DNA of 64,000 nucleotides from the human T2T-CHM13v2.0 reference genome, Homo sapiens. The stretch lies in the NCBI RefSeq assembly GCF_009914755.1, contig NC_060926.1; one strand, given 5' to 3'. Below, piece by piece: positions 35,170 to 50,357 of this stretch (position 1 is its first letter; each line of letters starts with the position of its first letter). A model generated the notes under the pieces. It was not told where the DNA came from. It saw only the letters and a list, made by a program, of their open reading frames with translations, and searched no databases. A program made the translations under genes and the position numbers.

Positions 35170-35420
35170 TGTTCAGTAAGATACAACGAGCTAGAAAATG
35201 GATTTTAGAATCAGAAAGATGAGAGTCAAAGTCTTGCTTCCATCACGAAATGATTGGTTACGTGCACAAGTTCTTTAACTTTCTAAGCTTATACTTCCTC
35301 AGTTTTAAAATGGGGATTAAGCACAGTTTCTATGTCTGGGGCTCTTATGAAATTTGAACATGGGCACACAGGAAGGACTTCCAACTGAGCTGGACACGGA
35401 GGAAGCACTTTCCATGTGCT
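35170..35420 (+). mobile_element. MIR
   Basis: ttttagaatcagaaaga...ttcctcagttttaaaatgggga core. Confidence 0.7.
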
Positions 35421-36079
35421 AGCAATTGTCAATTAATACGATTCCTTTGTTTCCTTGGTACCCATTTCCAAATGCGTTCCACTTTTCCTTTAAAGGAGTA
35501 TCTTTAACTCTCAGGTAAGTTTGTCTTGTCTTTCAAATACCGTTCTAGTTTATCCTTCCCCACGGCACAAGTCTCCATATAATTTAGATTTCTCTATTCC
35601 CAAGTAAGAAAGCCTTTTTCCTGTCCTAAATTTTTTCCTCTTTTCTTCCAAGTACCCTCTCCCCTTCTCTCTGGTCATTCATCAGTTGTCTTCTTTGATG
35701 ACCCATTTCATTCTTTTCCTAAAATCCAAGTGCTTTCTTTATTGAACTCCTATGTTGGTCATTTATTTAGCCATTTTAAAATTTCTATAACATGTACAAA
35801 TTTAATCAGAAAGATACTTTATTGGTCAGTAAACCAGTTTATTTTTGAATGTATACCTACAAGCAGTTGTATATTCAATACTTAAGCTGTAGACATTTTC
35901 ATAATTTTGGCCTTATTATGATGCAAACAAACTCAAGGCCTTTTGAATATACTGTAAATGCTCCTTCCCTCCAGCTTATTAGAGTTTTAGTGAAAGTTTG
36001 TGGTTTTCCAATTATACACTTTTACACAAACGTTTGTTTAAATTTGTCAGTTATGTCAATAATAAGATAAAAGTAAATA

Positions 36080-36880
36080 CATTTCATTATTCTGCAAATA
36101 TTTTTGTGCCCCTACTATTTACCAGACACTGTTCTAGGCTCTGGAAATGTAACAGTGAACCAGACAGATATATTCGTATAAGTAAATGAATGATTAATAA
36201 GATATTTTCAGATTATGGTGAATGCAATAACAAAAATAAAACAAGTGGACAAACTTATGATTGAAGAAGTGGGAAGGTTGGATAGAGTGGTTAAGATAGT
36301 CTTAGATGTGGAGATGACATTTGAGCTAAACCCTGTATGACAGAAGGGTACATCAGTAAGTGGAAAAGGTCGGGGGCAAAGTTAACCGTGTATGCTCAAG
36401 AAAGCCAGCTAAGCGTATGGTATAAGGAATATATTTTAGGAGCAAGATCCTGAAGGAAAACATTTTAGGAATCAGATCATATAGGACTTTGTAAGCCTCT
36501 GCAGCAGGAAGAAGCCATTGGGTTCTGCAAAGGAGGATCTATAGGATCTATATTTTTCAAAGATCTCTCTGGACGCTATATGGAGAAAAATTAGAAGAGA
36601 ACAAAGATAGAATCAAGGAGATCATTTAATAGGATATTTCAAAAGTTCAGGTGCCAGACTATAGTAGCTTGGACTGAGATATAGCAGTAAAAATGCTGAA
36701 AAATTATCAGGTTATTACAAATTCTGGAGGTATCATCAATAGCACTGTCGATGAATTGAATGTTAGGGATGAGGGAAATGTCATCTGAGTGAATGAAGGA
36801 TATTATTATTATCTAAAATGGAACAGATTTGGGTGGAGAGGGGGATTTTAGAGGAAGGAGATAATTGAGATTTAATTCTG
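36080..36880 (-). mobile_element. L2 fragment
   Basis: caaatatttttgtgcccctactatttaccagacactgttctaggc terminus; gagatgacatttgagct. Confidence 0.75.
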
Positions 36881-37649
36881 TAAGTTTAATGTAAATTTTG
36901 CTTCTTTCATTTCTAGTAATCCTACGTATTTTTTTAAATTTGCTTTGCAATTTTTAAAGTTTTACCTGTAGATAAGCTCAAGCTCAAGCTCCTCTTTTTA
37001 AATTGTTTTATAATCTGTCTATGGCACGTTCATTACATAAAGTATGTATAGTTTTATTTGCTTGTTTGTTTGTTTTGGTGTTTTTCCTTCATGGTATTTT
37101 ATTTCCTTGTGCTCCTGGTTATCTTAAGCTGTGTGACAAAAATATATTGGTAACTATAATTTGAGGCTTAGAGTGGATGCTAATGCCTCTAGAGAGAATT
37201 TATGATTTATTCTGCCAGGATCCTGGAAGTAATAGAAATAGAAATCAAAGATCAAGTTAAACTAAATGTATGGCCAGAAGTTCCCTCCAGATAACTCAGT
37301 CATGTGAGGGCTTGTTTCCTTCTATTTTATCCTCTCCCCAAGGAATGAAATTCTTTGGTACCCTAGACCATTGTTGAGAAAATCTCTCATTACACTCCCA
37401 AATTTTTATGGGTCTTGAGTTTTGATTGCTATTCTCGTTTTGCACCAACTAGCATGCCCCTTTGCCTCTCTCAATTTCAAATTTATCTCCACTTTTGACC
37501 CAATAATCTCATATTGTCTCATCAGATTTCTGTCACTTTTCAGAGGACATGAAATATTAATATATCTTATCTACTTCTTTTAACTAAATCTCGGATTGAG
37601 GAAGGGGAGAGATTGATTTAATTACATAATCAATCATTACAGGAAACAA

Positions 37650-38820
<1,171 letters not shown>

Positions 38821-38996
38821 CCAAATTATTTTAAATGTCTGATAAGAAAGTTTACATTGAAGAGGACTAAAGAGAGCCCATATGCAGGAGAGACTGACTG
38901 GAGTGTGAAAGGGTCTAAAATTTTGCTACTTAGGGAATTAGTAGGCTTCAAATAATTGAAATATAGTCATGTGGCAAAGGCAGTAGTCTTTTCTGT

Positions 38997-39021
38997 GAGA
39001 GAGTGTGTGTGTGTGTGTGTG
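38997..39021. repeat. (GA)n(GT)n microsatellite
   Basis: Direct reading. Confidence 0.9.
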
Positions 39022-39146
39022 CAGCTCCAGAACAAAGAACTATGATGAGTAGGTGGAAGTTAAAGGAAGATAGATTGCAATTCATAAAAATAAACTTCAT
39101 AATGATCAAAACTTTGTAATCTGAAGTTGTGAAGTTCCCTTCACAG

Positions 39147-39246
39147 AAAATGTTCAGAGAGCTGACTGAGCTTTGTGAAGACATTGTGGAGATAATCCTT
39201 GCATCAAAAAGGGACATCGTATTTGACACTTCAATCTGTACAAGAA
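39147..39246 (+). ncRNA. Candidate 100-nt internal exon of a non-coding transcript
   Basis: Acceptor gttcccttcacag| and donor GAA|gtgagt in unique sequence; motif evidence only. Confidence 0.35.
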
Positions 39247-39649
39247 GTGAGTTTGTTGAATTCTGTGACTGGTTCATCTTTCCATATCATTTCTCAGCAA
39301 TGTCATCTTTTCTTCCTTATGCTTTCCTCTTGATTGTAGTGTTGTAGCATCTGAGTTGTAATTAATGGAGACTTTTAAACAAGTGGTGATGAGACAGAAA
39401 ATGTAACTCACATTACTTTCTATGGTCATATTTTGCAAGCTTTACAGACAAAACATGTGGCATCATAGAATTCCTCTGAACCAAGGTTGTCAGAGAAACT
39501 TGAGGAATCACATATCCAATTTTAGTTTCTTTTCTCCTTGTTAATGCTTTTGAACTTGAGTCTGTGCATAAGATGTTTCAATAGGGTTATTGCTTAATTA
39601 ATTAGAGACAAGAGAAGAATAAAATTTTAAAGAGAGAATTGTAGATTAC

Positions 39650-40950
39650 AGAGGCAGCTGTTCAGCAGTGACATGGACTAATTTGATAACTGAAGGGTCA
39701 GTACCTGCAAAAGTAAGAACACTGCTTACAAGCATTAGCATCCAACTAGTAACAATGTGCACGCCAGGATAATGAACTTAAAACAATAGTAATTAGCAGG
39801 CTAAGACAAAGGATTAAAATTAAAAATGAATGGTGCAGTGCTTTCCGCTTGCTTGTAAAACAGCATTAAGCCAACTTAATCCATTTTAATTCATTGTGAA
39901 ACCTGCAGTGCAAATGAGATGGATTCAAGGGTCAGGTTCAGCTCCTGAGAAAGTGCGATACATTCACCTGTGACAATTCTTTCTGGAATGATAAAGTAAG
40001 GGAAGTCTCTTAAGAACTCTGAGTGACTCCATAAGGTCCCCAGAGATCAGGTGTCAAAGTTGTCTATCAGATGCCTGAAAAGAAAAAAGGAAAGCATTAC
40101 TCAATGCTATTGTGAGACAGTTGTCATTGACTGATCAGGCCTTTGAAGCACGCTTTCACAGTCAATGAAACCACCTGAATAGATGAAAGCCAGACAGCTT
40201 CTGACAAACAAGAGTCTATGGAATATTCATTGTGCATCTGGGAGGGAAAGATTAATGTATTAGAAATTAAAATGGGACCAGAATGTATGATCTTGCTCTA
40301 ACACTTGGCCAGACCTGTGTCACCCACTGCTAGTGCCTGAAGTCGACAGACAATTCTGCCAAGGTAACCGAGAATCATTAAGCATCCTGCTATTGTGCAT
40401 GGTGAATAATAAAACTTTCCCCCTATTCTTTGCCTGGAGCTGACAATGAATAATTCTGGAGCTATTTGCAATGTTAACAGCACCTATCTTGCCCATCCAT
40501 TCCTTTACGATAAGGATGGAAATATGCATTTCAACAGTCTGTACAGATACTGATTCACAGGCATTTCAAAGGACACCTGTCACTCAAGTGAAGGACCTGT
40601 CAGTCTCCAATGTATGATGGTGCCAAGAAAATGGCCAAAAAAGATTATCTGTACTTTATTTCTCCCTTTTTTTTTCAGATTAAAACACTGTTACATTTGC
40701 CATAGACTGACAAGTGATTTACACTGGCAACTGTAATGTGTTTAAGACTAGAAAAAAAGCTATTCTCTTAGGCAGGCATATTCTTCCAAGGTTTACAACT
40801 GTATCAAATATACTATCACAAATGTGATCTAGACCCTACAGAATGTCATTATGCTGGATATTAGAAGCATTTAATCTGTTTGCTGACATAAAGGTGACAT
40901 TGATAGAGCTGTATTTTTGACGTCAGTACCAGAGTAAATTTACTTTTAGG
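39650..40950. promoter_or_regulatory. Candidate developmental enhancer (TALE/TCF/SOX/CRE motif cluster)
   Basis: No recognisable repeat; 13 TGACA/TGTCA sites; CCTTTGAAG 40140; TTCAAAGG 40565; TGACGTCA 40918-40925. Confidence 0.5.
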
Positions 40951-42499
40951 AAATTACAAGTAGACTGGAATCCTTATAGTGGGATCAGCTGGTATTGGAC
41001 ATGTTCATTAAAATTATGTGTTACTGAAGATTTTTCCTCATCAATATATTATTGAATGTGCATTTCACATGAGAGCAGTTTTTATCATCAAGAGAAATTC
41101 ATTCCACATATTCCAAAGCTTAAAATCCAAATACCAAAAAGATTCTTAATGTTTTGTTCCCCTTGACAAAAATTGAGACTTTATAGATCTTTGGACATCT
41201 TCAAAGTTCTTGTTCCCTGAACAAATTCTGTGAGTCTTGTGAGGATCCCAGTTGTTTTATTGAATAAATTATTCTATCTCTTTTGGTTACAGTTAATAAT
41301 TAAGTTTATTAGTTTATAATTAAATTAAGTTTATTAGTTTAAAATAAGTTTACCAATTAAGTAAATTAGTAAACTTCAAAGAGGTCTAACCTTCCTTACC
41401 CTTACTGAATGTCATGAGAGTTCCACTTCTTATCAGGGTTCTAGGGGTCTTCTCTTTTATTCCTGAGAGCCTCCAGCCCACTACACTCTCTGTTGCACAC
41501 AAGGTGATTCTTGGAAGATGTTTTCATGGTACTCATGTACAAAAGAAGGCTTGCATTTGCTATATTAAAGAACTGAACTGTGGAGTTCAGCTTCTGGCTG
41601 TAAGTGATTCCTCTCTTCTTCTAATGTACTTCTTATAAATGGCAGAATCTGTGGTCTTTTTTCCTAAAGGATATATGTTAACAAGAGAACTGTTCTACCA
41701 AGAAATTGTCCCACATCTCCCTGGCACAAAGGGGTACATTCAAGTAAATTGTGACCAACTTTATGCTTTGTGATAGATGATGGACAAATAGACAGATAAC
41801 TTGATCTTGCAAAGAAGGTAAATGTGATCTAATTTGAGGCTCTGAAACTCATACAACTATTGTAAAATTGCAAAAAGTTCATTAAAATCACTGATAGAGA
41901 TAAAAAACATTTAAAATTATTATGACAAAACATTCTTTCATGAAGCACTGTTATAATGAAAGTGGATGAGGTGGTTGAGGCAAAGAGATAAAACAGAAAA
42001 TGTCTTGGTTAGAGAATATGATGGATATTAGTAGCTAGATTCATAGTACTTTGGCTTGCAAACATTTCCACAAGGGTTTCATAAATTCCTAATTTTTTCT
42101 TTCCTGATAACGAATGTATTGTAGCCAAAGTCTATCATCCAGCTATTGTAAATCATTTTTCCAGATTCAAGCTCTAAAATCTAGATTTGTGATGCCTCAA
42201 AACATTGACAAGGAATTGTTTGAAATGTCTTCTCCAGTATTTTTCCTGTAACAAATTACAAAACAAATGTATTAGGTCCCAACAAAATGCCAAGTGTTTT
42301 AGTCACTTTATAGAGCACTAAAGTGCTGGGCACTACATACATTCTCCAGATATACTAATTTTAAGTGATCTCTTCACACTATTCTACTTTACCTAACATC
42401 TATGTGTTTTAACTTAAAATTATCAGTGCTGAGGTAGATTTCCTCTTTCTCATCATACCAATATCAATTTAAAATCTCCTCATTTAATTTTCATTTTTG

Positions 42500-42640
42500 A
42501 AAGTGATTTTGAGATGCTTCTTTTATTAGTCCATTTTACAGATGTGGAAACAGTACAAGGTCTAGCAGTTAGTAATCAGTGTAGTTAGGTTTAAACTCAG
42601 CCAGTTTGACTCCAGAGTTCATGCTCTAAGCTATAATTCC
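42500..42640 (-). mobile_element. MIR fragment
   Basis: ccattttacagatgtggaaac...tttgactccagagttcatgctct. Confidence 0.75.
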
Positions 42641-43962
42641 AGAGACTCACTCATGAGAGGCATTTTGTATTAGCATAAATTCACAATCAAGGTGTAACTA
42701 AACTAATTGTGTACATAAAAATATGTTGTACTTTTGGCTAATAATTTCCTTGAGAAATGAACTTTCTTGCAATACGTAATCACTAACATACAACATCTGA
42801 TACGTGAGTATTTAAATGATAATAAAGCCAGATCAGTGTAATATTATCAACTAAAATATCTCTTAAAATAATGACAAAGAAGGAAAAAATACTTTCTCAA
42901 TCCTACGTTACCATTAGCAACGCCTATTTCTGGTGGTGCCAATGGACAGCCAACCTAAAAGGAAATGTTGAACTTGTATTTCCAATATTTAATTAATGCA
43001 ATGAAAGAAAGTAGGATAATTTACTTCCTCTGGGATATAGAATAACCAAATATCATTTGAGATCAGGACAGAATAGCAACAATTCAAAGCATTATTTTAG
43101 ATTTTCAAACTTGTTGGAAGCAAAGTCTCTCTGTTTAGACAAAACCACAATGCCTTTTTTCCTACCAATTGACCTATTTATAAAAATCCTCTTTGACTTC
43201 TATTTTTATCAATAGATACAAATCTGCAGATTTTATTGATAGATGTTAAATTTCATATACAAAATTATATTAAGTACTCTAGCAGTGCAGAGACTAACTA
43301 GGTTGTTATTTGCAATTAACTATTTGCAATTAGCTCAATATGAGGTGATGAATTGCTAGATTTGTGAATTAAAAAGATGGTACCAAAGTGAGAGAGATTT
43401 CCAAACTGTGTGATCTGAGTTAATTCCTGGCAGAAACGTGGTCAAGCTTGCAAATGACCACTCATCTACGGAAATTATTTTTAGAAGTTTGTCTTTTGAA
43501 TGAAAAATAAAAGAAGTTAGAGTATGATGGGGAATGAGGTTATGTTGCATCCACAGACCCCAGAAGCTGGCTCCAAGTTTCCCTAAGGATAAAGGTTAGA
43601 ACAAAAAATTGAAGAGTTGTTTTCTTGGGAGCCTTAGTGAGGCTCTTGGAACACCCAGTGTGTTTCGGGTCTGGGTTAGGAGAGAGGGCCATCCTGCACA
43701 CTATACTGTGTCCCTGGCCACAGCAATATGCTTGACATGCCAAGAACTGCCCAACTTATTTGAGCAGTGAGATGATGGCACCCAGGAGAGAAGTAAAATA
43801 GTCTCAGTATATGTTGTCCCCAAGTGACTTGGCAACAGGCATTGCTGAGGAAGCCAGAGAGTTGAAGCAAATATAAGATTTGTTTCTAAATACATGTGAT
43901 ACATGTTCTGAATATTCCCAGGAGACTTGATGCCAGTGCATGGCTAATAAGCCAACAAAAAA

Positions 43963-46455
43963 CTTTGAGTCTCACATGTACATCGTTATTACATTTTGAG
44001 TTGATTTTCATGTGTGGTGTAAGATAAAATTACAATTTCTTTTTTTTTTTTTTTTTTTTTGGTGTGTGGATATCCAGTTTCCCTGACATCATTTGTTGAA
44101 CATACTATCCTTTTCCCATTGTGTAGTTTTGGCACCCTTGTCAGAGATTAGTCAACCACATATGTGTGGATTTATTTCTCACATCTCTATTCTGTTCCAT
44201 TGGTTTATATGTCTATCTTTATGCCAGTACCATACTGTTTCAATTACTGTAGGTCTATAATGTTTTTGGAATCGGGAAGTGTGATGCTTCCAGCTTTGTT
44301 CTCTTTCTCAAGATTGTTCTTTTGTGATTCCATGTGAATTTAGGAATTTTTTTTTCTTTATACAAAAAATGCCATTTGGATTTTGATAGAGATTGCACTA
44401 AATCTGTAGGTCACTTTAAGTATTATGAGCTGATATAGTTTGGCTCTGTGTACCCACTCAAATCTCATCTTGAATTGTAATCCTCATGTGTTAAGGGAGG
44501 GACCTGGTGGGAGGTGATTGTTTCATGGGGGTGGTTTCCCCCATGATGTTCTCATGATATCTGATGGTTTAAAAGTGGCAGTTTCCCCTGCACTTTCTCT
44601 CTTTCCTGCCAACTTGTGAAGAAGGTGCTTGCTTCCCCTGTGCCTTCCGCCATGATTATAAGTTTCCTGAGGTCTCCCCAGCCATGCAGAACTGGGAGCC
44701 AATTAAAGCTCTTTTCTTTATAAATTACCCAGTCTCAAGTAATTCTTTATACCAATGTGAAAACAGACTAATACATAAACATTTTAACATTATGAAGTAT
44801 TCCAATTCATAAACATGGGATGTTTTTCTGTTTATTTGTGCCTTATTTAAATTTTTCCTTAATATTTCATAGTTTTCCATAGACAGGTTTTTCACGTTAG
44901 GTAAATTTATTCCTAGGTATTTTATTCTTTTTTGGTACTATTACAAATGGGATTGTTTTATTAATTCCCTTTTCAAAGTGGTCATTGTTAATGTTTCAAA
45001 ATTCAAGGGATTTTTGCATGTTAATTTTGTATCCTGCAACTTAATTTATTTACTCTAATAGTTTTTTTATGGAGACGTTAGGACTTAATAAAAGATCATG
45101 GCATCTGCAAACAGGGACAGTTTTACTTCTTCCTTTCTGATTTGGATGCCTTCTATTTTTATTTGTTTATTTATATTTATATTATATTTATTTATTTTGC
45201 CTAATTGCTTTGGTTAGTACTTCTAGGACTATGTTGAATAGAAGTGGCAAGTATGGGCATCCTTGCCTTGTTTCTGATCTTAGAGGAAAAAATTTCAGTT
45301 TTTGACCATTACATATTATGTTAGCTGTGGACTTTTCATATATAAAACTACTAGAAGAAAACACAAGGGAAAGCTTCATGGCATTGATCTTTGCAATAAT
45401 TTCATGAATATGACAAAAGAATCACAGGTAACAAAAATATAAAAGTGTAACTACATCAAACTAAAAAGCTTTTGCATGGCAGAGGAAACAATAAACAGAG
45501 TGAAAATACAATCTATGGAATGGCAGAAAATACTTGAAAACAATAAACCTGATAAGGGGGTAATCTGCAAAACATATAAGAAACTCTTATAACTCAATAT
45601 TTTAAAAAATCCAATTAAAAAATAAGCTAAGATCGTGAATAGACATTTCTCCAAAGAAGACAAGCAAATGGCCAACAGCTATATAAAAAATGCTCAGTGT
45701 CAATATTCACCAGAAAAATGCAAATAAAAACCACAATGCAATATCATCTCACCCCCGTGAGGATGGCTATTAGCAAAGAAACAAAAGACAAATGTTGGCA
45801 AGAATGTGGAAAAACTGGAACTCTTGAACACTGTTAGTGAGAATGGACAAAATGGTACAGATGTTATGAAAAACAGTAGGGAGATTTCTCAAAAAATTAA
45901 AACTAGAATTGCCTTATGGTCCAGCAATTCCACTTTTGAGTGTTTATCTAAAAGATTTGAATTCAGGATCTTAAAGAGATACTAGCATTCCTATGTTTAT
46001 TGCAGCACTATTTACAATAGCCAAGAAGTAGAAACAACCTTAACATCCATGGACAGAAAAATGTGGTATATAGATAAAATGGAATACAATTTAGCACGAA
46101 AAAAGAAAATTCTGGGATATTCTACAACATGGATGAACATTGAGGACATTATGCTAAGTGAAATAAACTAGTTGCATAAAGACATATTGCATGATTCCTC
46201 ATACATGAGGTACTCTAAAATAGCCAAACTCATAGAACCAGAGTGAAATGGTGATTGCTAGTGGCTGAGGGGAAAATGAGGAGTTACTAAAAAATAGACA
46301 TAAAGTGTCAGTCAAGCAAGATGAATAAACTTTAGAGATCTACTGTGCAACCTTGCACCTACAGCCAACAATAATATATTGCACACATAAAAGTTTGTTA
46401 AAAGGGTATATCTCATGTTAAATGTCTCACTACAATCAGAAATAAATAAGAAAAC
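43963..46455 (+). mobile_element. 5'-inverted L1MA (L1MA8-like): minus segment 43963-45343, sense 3' segment 45341-46455
   Basis: The two segments are contiguous in L1 ORF2 once the first is inverted; L1MA-type 3' end caagatgaataa..tagagatct..tgtgcaac. Confidence 0.85.
44431..44775 (+). mobile_element. MSTA/THE1-family solo LTR nested in the L1MA
   Basis: tgatatagtttggctctgtgt...aaaacagactaataca. Confidence 0.9.
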
Positions 46456-46639
46456 AAAGGAAAAGAAAACACCCTAGGACAGTATTTCCCCATAAATAAT
46501 TAATAAAATAACTTTATTATTAAAAATACAGATATGAGTGTCCAATTTTGTTATATGTAACCATAATCTGATTACATTTAGGACACTGATATTAAATTTT
46601 AATCAAAGAATCTCCAAGATTTGTTAAGTATTTCATGAT

Positions 46640-46904
46640 AGGAAATAAAGATGTGCTATAAGTAGAAAATACACACCAGATTTCAAAGATTTAGTACCAA
46701 GAAATGTAAAATATCTCATTTATAATATTTATATTAATTGTATGTTGAAATGGTATTTTTGATATTAGATTACATAAAATATATTATTGAAATTAATATT
46801 GCCCATTTTATTTTTTGTTTTTCTGCATGTGGATACTAATACTTTAATATTATATATCTGACTCACATTTGTGGCTTATAATATATTTCTGTTGAATAGT
46901 GCTG
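46640..46904. mobile_element. hAT-Charlie MITE (MER3/MER33-like)
   Basis: gatttcaaagatttagtac...aatgtaaaatatctcatt...tatttctgttgaatagtgctg followed by a ctag target. Confidence 0.65.
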
Positions 46905-46971
46905 CCCTAGACAGTGCCTAGTGTCTAGTGCCTAGTGTCTAATGTCTCGTATCTAGTGTCTAGTGCCCTAG
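46905..46971. repeat. (CTAGTGY)n 7-bp tandem repeat
   Basis: gtgcctagtgtctagtgcctagtgtctaatgtctcgtatctagtgtctagtgccctag. Confidence 0.85.
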
Positions 46972-47057
46972 AAATGACACAATTGGAACTGGTGGCCACT
47001 GGGGCAAGTTTAGCTGATAAAGGGATTTTTAAAAAATTTTTAATCATTATACATATA

Positions 47058-47362
47058 TTTTATTTTATTAACTTTTTTTAGATGGAGTCTCGCTCTGTTG
47101 CCCAGGGTGGAGTGTAGTGGTACAGTCTTGGCTCACTGCAACCTCCGTCTCCTGGGTTCAAGCGATTCTCCCTGCCTCAGCCTCTCGAGTAGCTGAGATT
47201 ACAGGTGCGTGCCACCATGCCCAGCTAACTTTTGTATTTTTTAGTAGAGATGGGGTTTCAACGTGTTGGCCAGGCTGGTCTTGAACTCCTAACCTCAGGT
47301 GATCCACCCACCTCGGCCTACCGAAGTGCTGGGATTACAGGTGTGAGCCTCCGCGCCCTGCC
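47058..47362 (-). mobile_element. AluSx-like
   Basis: Full Alu; TSD tat(a/g)catatatttt. Confidence 0.95.
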
Positions 47363-48094
47363 TATGCATATATTTTAATGTATTACAAAAAAATACAACT
47401 GACATTTTTTCATACATAGTATTGCTTTGAGATGATGAAGTAGGTAGCATCATGATAATGCTGTTTACACAAACCCAGGAGTTATCAATGCCACAAACCC
47501 TCCTTTATTAACTGTTCAGAAATAGTACTAATTACGCAAATGATTCCAATTGCTGGTATCTTGAAGTTCTCTTATTTCTGTACTCTTTCAATGCATATCT
47601 CTAAATTTAGAAAATAAAACCTACTTGTTTAATTACAGGAAAATCTTAAATTATTGTAGATGTGCTTCAAGATTTAGAAGTAGCTGGTAAAAGGGTTCTA
47701 TTTGTCAGTGTCTTTAGGTTCAAGTCACTGGGTTCTCATCTTTTTTTCTCAGTTTCGTGAAGAGTAGAAAGTGAATATAAGCTTTTATGTTGATGTTTCA
47801 TCTTTCAATTACATGTAGTGTGAGACGACTTCAGGGTTTTCCAAATAAAACTTCTAACCTGAAAAATCACACATCTATTTAGGACTAAAATGAGAATATA
47901 TCTTGCACATCGACATGTTTATTTGAATGATAAAAATTTATTCTTACAAGGCATGATGTTTGCAGTAGTATTCTGTTAAAAAGCATATGAATCACGTGAA
48001 TGAAATGATGGTAACACTGAAGCTATAAGGTGTTGGACTCTGTTGACTGTGGAACCTTGGTAGGAATTCATATAAGAGCTCACTGAAAATGTAC

Positions 48095-48320
48095 TCATAC
48101 ATTCAAACATTCAATCAATATTTATTGTACACATACTAAAACAGGTTTAGGCTGAGGCGATAAAGCAATGAACACAAAATTATCTGGTCTTCAGGAACTT
48201 TGTATTGAGAATGGGAGAGAAGGAAGAGAGAAAAATAAATAAGATTCTATGGGGCTTTGTAGACCATTATAAGGATTTTGGTGTATACTGTAAGTGAAAT
48301 AGGGTTGACAGCCAGCCAGC
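48095..48320 (-). mobile_element. L2 3' fragment
   Basis: cattcaaacattcaatcaatatttattg terminus. Confidence 0.6.
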
Positions 48321-49547
48321 CAGAGAGAGAGACAGACAGTTCAGTGTTGACTTCAAAGTTGGAAATATGTATGAGGATGTTTTTTAAATAATAGAAAAAG
48401 ATGTCATGCGTATTTTCCCAAACCAAATGATAAAAATAAATGGATAACACATGCTTGTTTGCAGAAATTCGTGAATAGGACAGATTCAGAAGAATTCAGA
48501 CAGAATTCAGGTTTAGGGAATTTCTTCATAAGGTTTCTTGGAATACAATTGTACTGAAAAATAATCACATATCAATATGGTTAGAAAATTGGTTCTTAGT
48601 TCCCAAACCTGTCAGAGAACATAAATAAAATATATTGCTCTTTCTCAGGAGATACATGTGTGATATGGGATTTTCTTTTTCTTTTCTTGACCTTCAAATA
48701 ATTGTTTATTATGATGAAAAATTATATACAAACAAAATGTCCAATTTTAGAGGTGGAATGAAATAATGATGGCATGTGCATAGGATGAATTACTGTGTAA
48801 ATTATTAAAATACTTTAATGACCTGGGAAAATTCCCAGAGATGGAATTTTCATTACTGATTAGCCTCAAACAAAATTATGCAATCATTTTCCTAATATAG
48901 AGCCCAGGTTCTTCTTAAATTAAGTGTCATCTAGTCAAGTGACACTTTATGCTATTATATAATTGATAACTTTGTTATTTTTAGTGACAAACTTATCTTT
49001 AGTTGAGAAGATGATTATATCATTATTAATTCTATTTTATATTTTATTTTCAAATTAATCACATTGTTTTGTATTGTGTTTGTTTTCATGGTTACTTTGA
49101 TTCATGGCAAGTGACACTGGTTGTACTGCTTTGAAGGTATATAAGTAACATGATTAAATTGATCAAAGAAAAATATTAAGTAAGTACTTATATAGATGGT
49201 ATGAAGAATGGCAAAACACAAAATTATAACTCAAATGGTCATGGTTTGAGGAGCAATGTCCTATTAAGATGTTAACATTTCCTGTGATGCCCATCTGCTG
49301 GGTCAGTCCCAAGCAATAGAGACCTCTAGCTTTCTTACATGTCTCTCATCTAGCTGACTCTTTTAAGCTATAGAGCATGTACTTTCTATCCTAGAGTGAA
49401 GTTGGTCTAGGCACTATGCATAGTGTGTTACAAGAATAGTATTCTTACCTTTAAGAAATGCGTAATTTTATAAATATATATGTAATTTATTAAAGGAAAA
49501 CACTAAGAAACCTAAGAAAACCTTCAAATAAATATCAGACTTTCTCA

Positions 49548-49905
<358 letters not shown>

Positions 49906-50278
49906 CTATAATATCTTTGTTACTGCTTTCCAGAAATTCACACCCTTTACTTCAAAGTGAGATTGAAAAGTTCAAAATCCACTTCCCATATGAACATTTC
50001 CATCTTCACACCACCCTGTTATAATTGTATTTTGCACACATCCCTTCAATATGTGTGTTCATAGCCCATATTATAGAACTTAAATACTACTTTATTATTG
50101 TTTTCTAGTTAGTGAATACATTTCAACTAAACCAAACTTTTCATATTTTTTAATTTATTTATCTCTTTAGCCCAGAGAAGTAGATGCAAATAATGAACAT
50201 CGCCGAAATATAATAAAATTTCTGATATCTTATTTCTTTTTTTGTTGCTTTTTATTACAACCTCAGTTTCAACAACTA

Positions 50279-50357
50279 TTGGGCTGGTGCAAAAGTAATT
50301 GCGGTTTTGCTACTGAAAGTTATGGCAAAAACTGCAATCACTTTTGCACCAAGCTAA
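50279..50357. mobile_element. MADE1 (Hsmar1-derived MITE); palindromic, miR-548-type hairpin
   Basis: ttgggctggtgcaaaagtaattgcgg...ctgcaatcacttttgcaccaagctaa flanked by TA on both sides. Confidence 0.95.

Noticed and set aside
38948-39347. Overlapping 109-aa (-) and 72-aa (+) ORFs as protein-coding exons
   Set aside because: No recognisable family; one runs through a microsatellite. Only the splice-site pair was kept, as a candidate non-coding exon.
41290-41375. AT-rich imperfect repeats (aattaagtttattagttt twice)
   Set aside because: Low-complexity slippage; no spacer structure, so not CRISPR-like.
50279-50357. Assigning a specific MIR548 gene name
   Set aside because: The arms are shared among many MADE1 copies; locus identity cannot be set without mapping.
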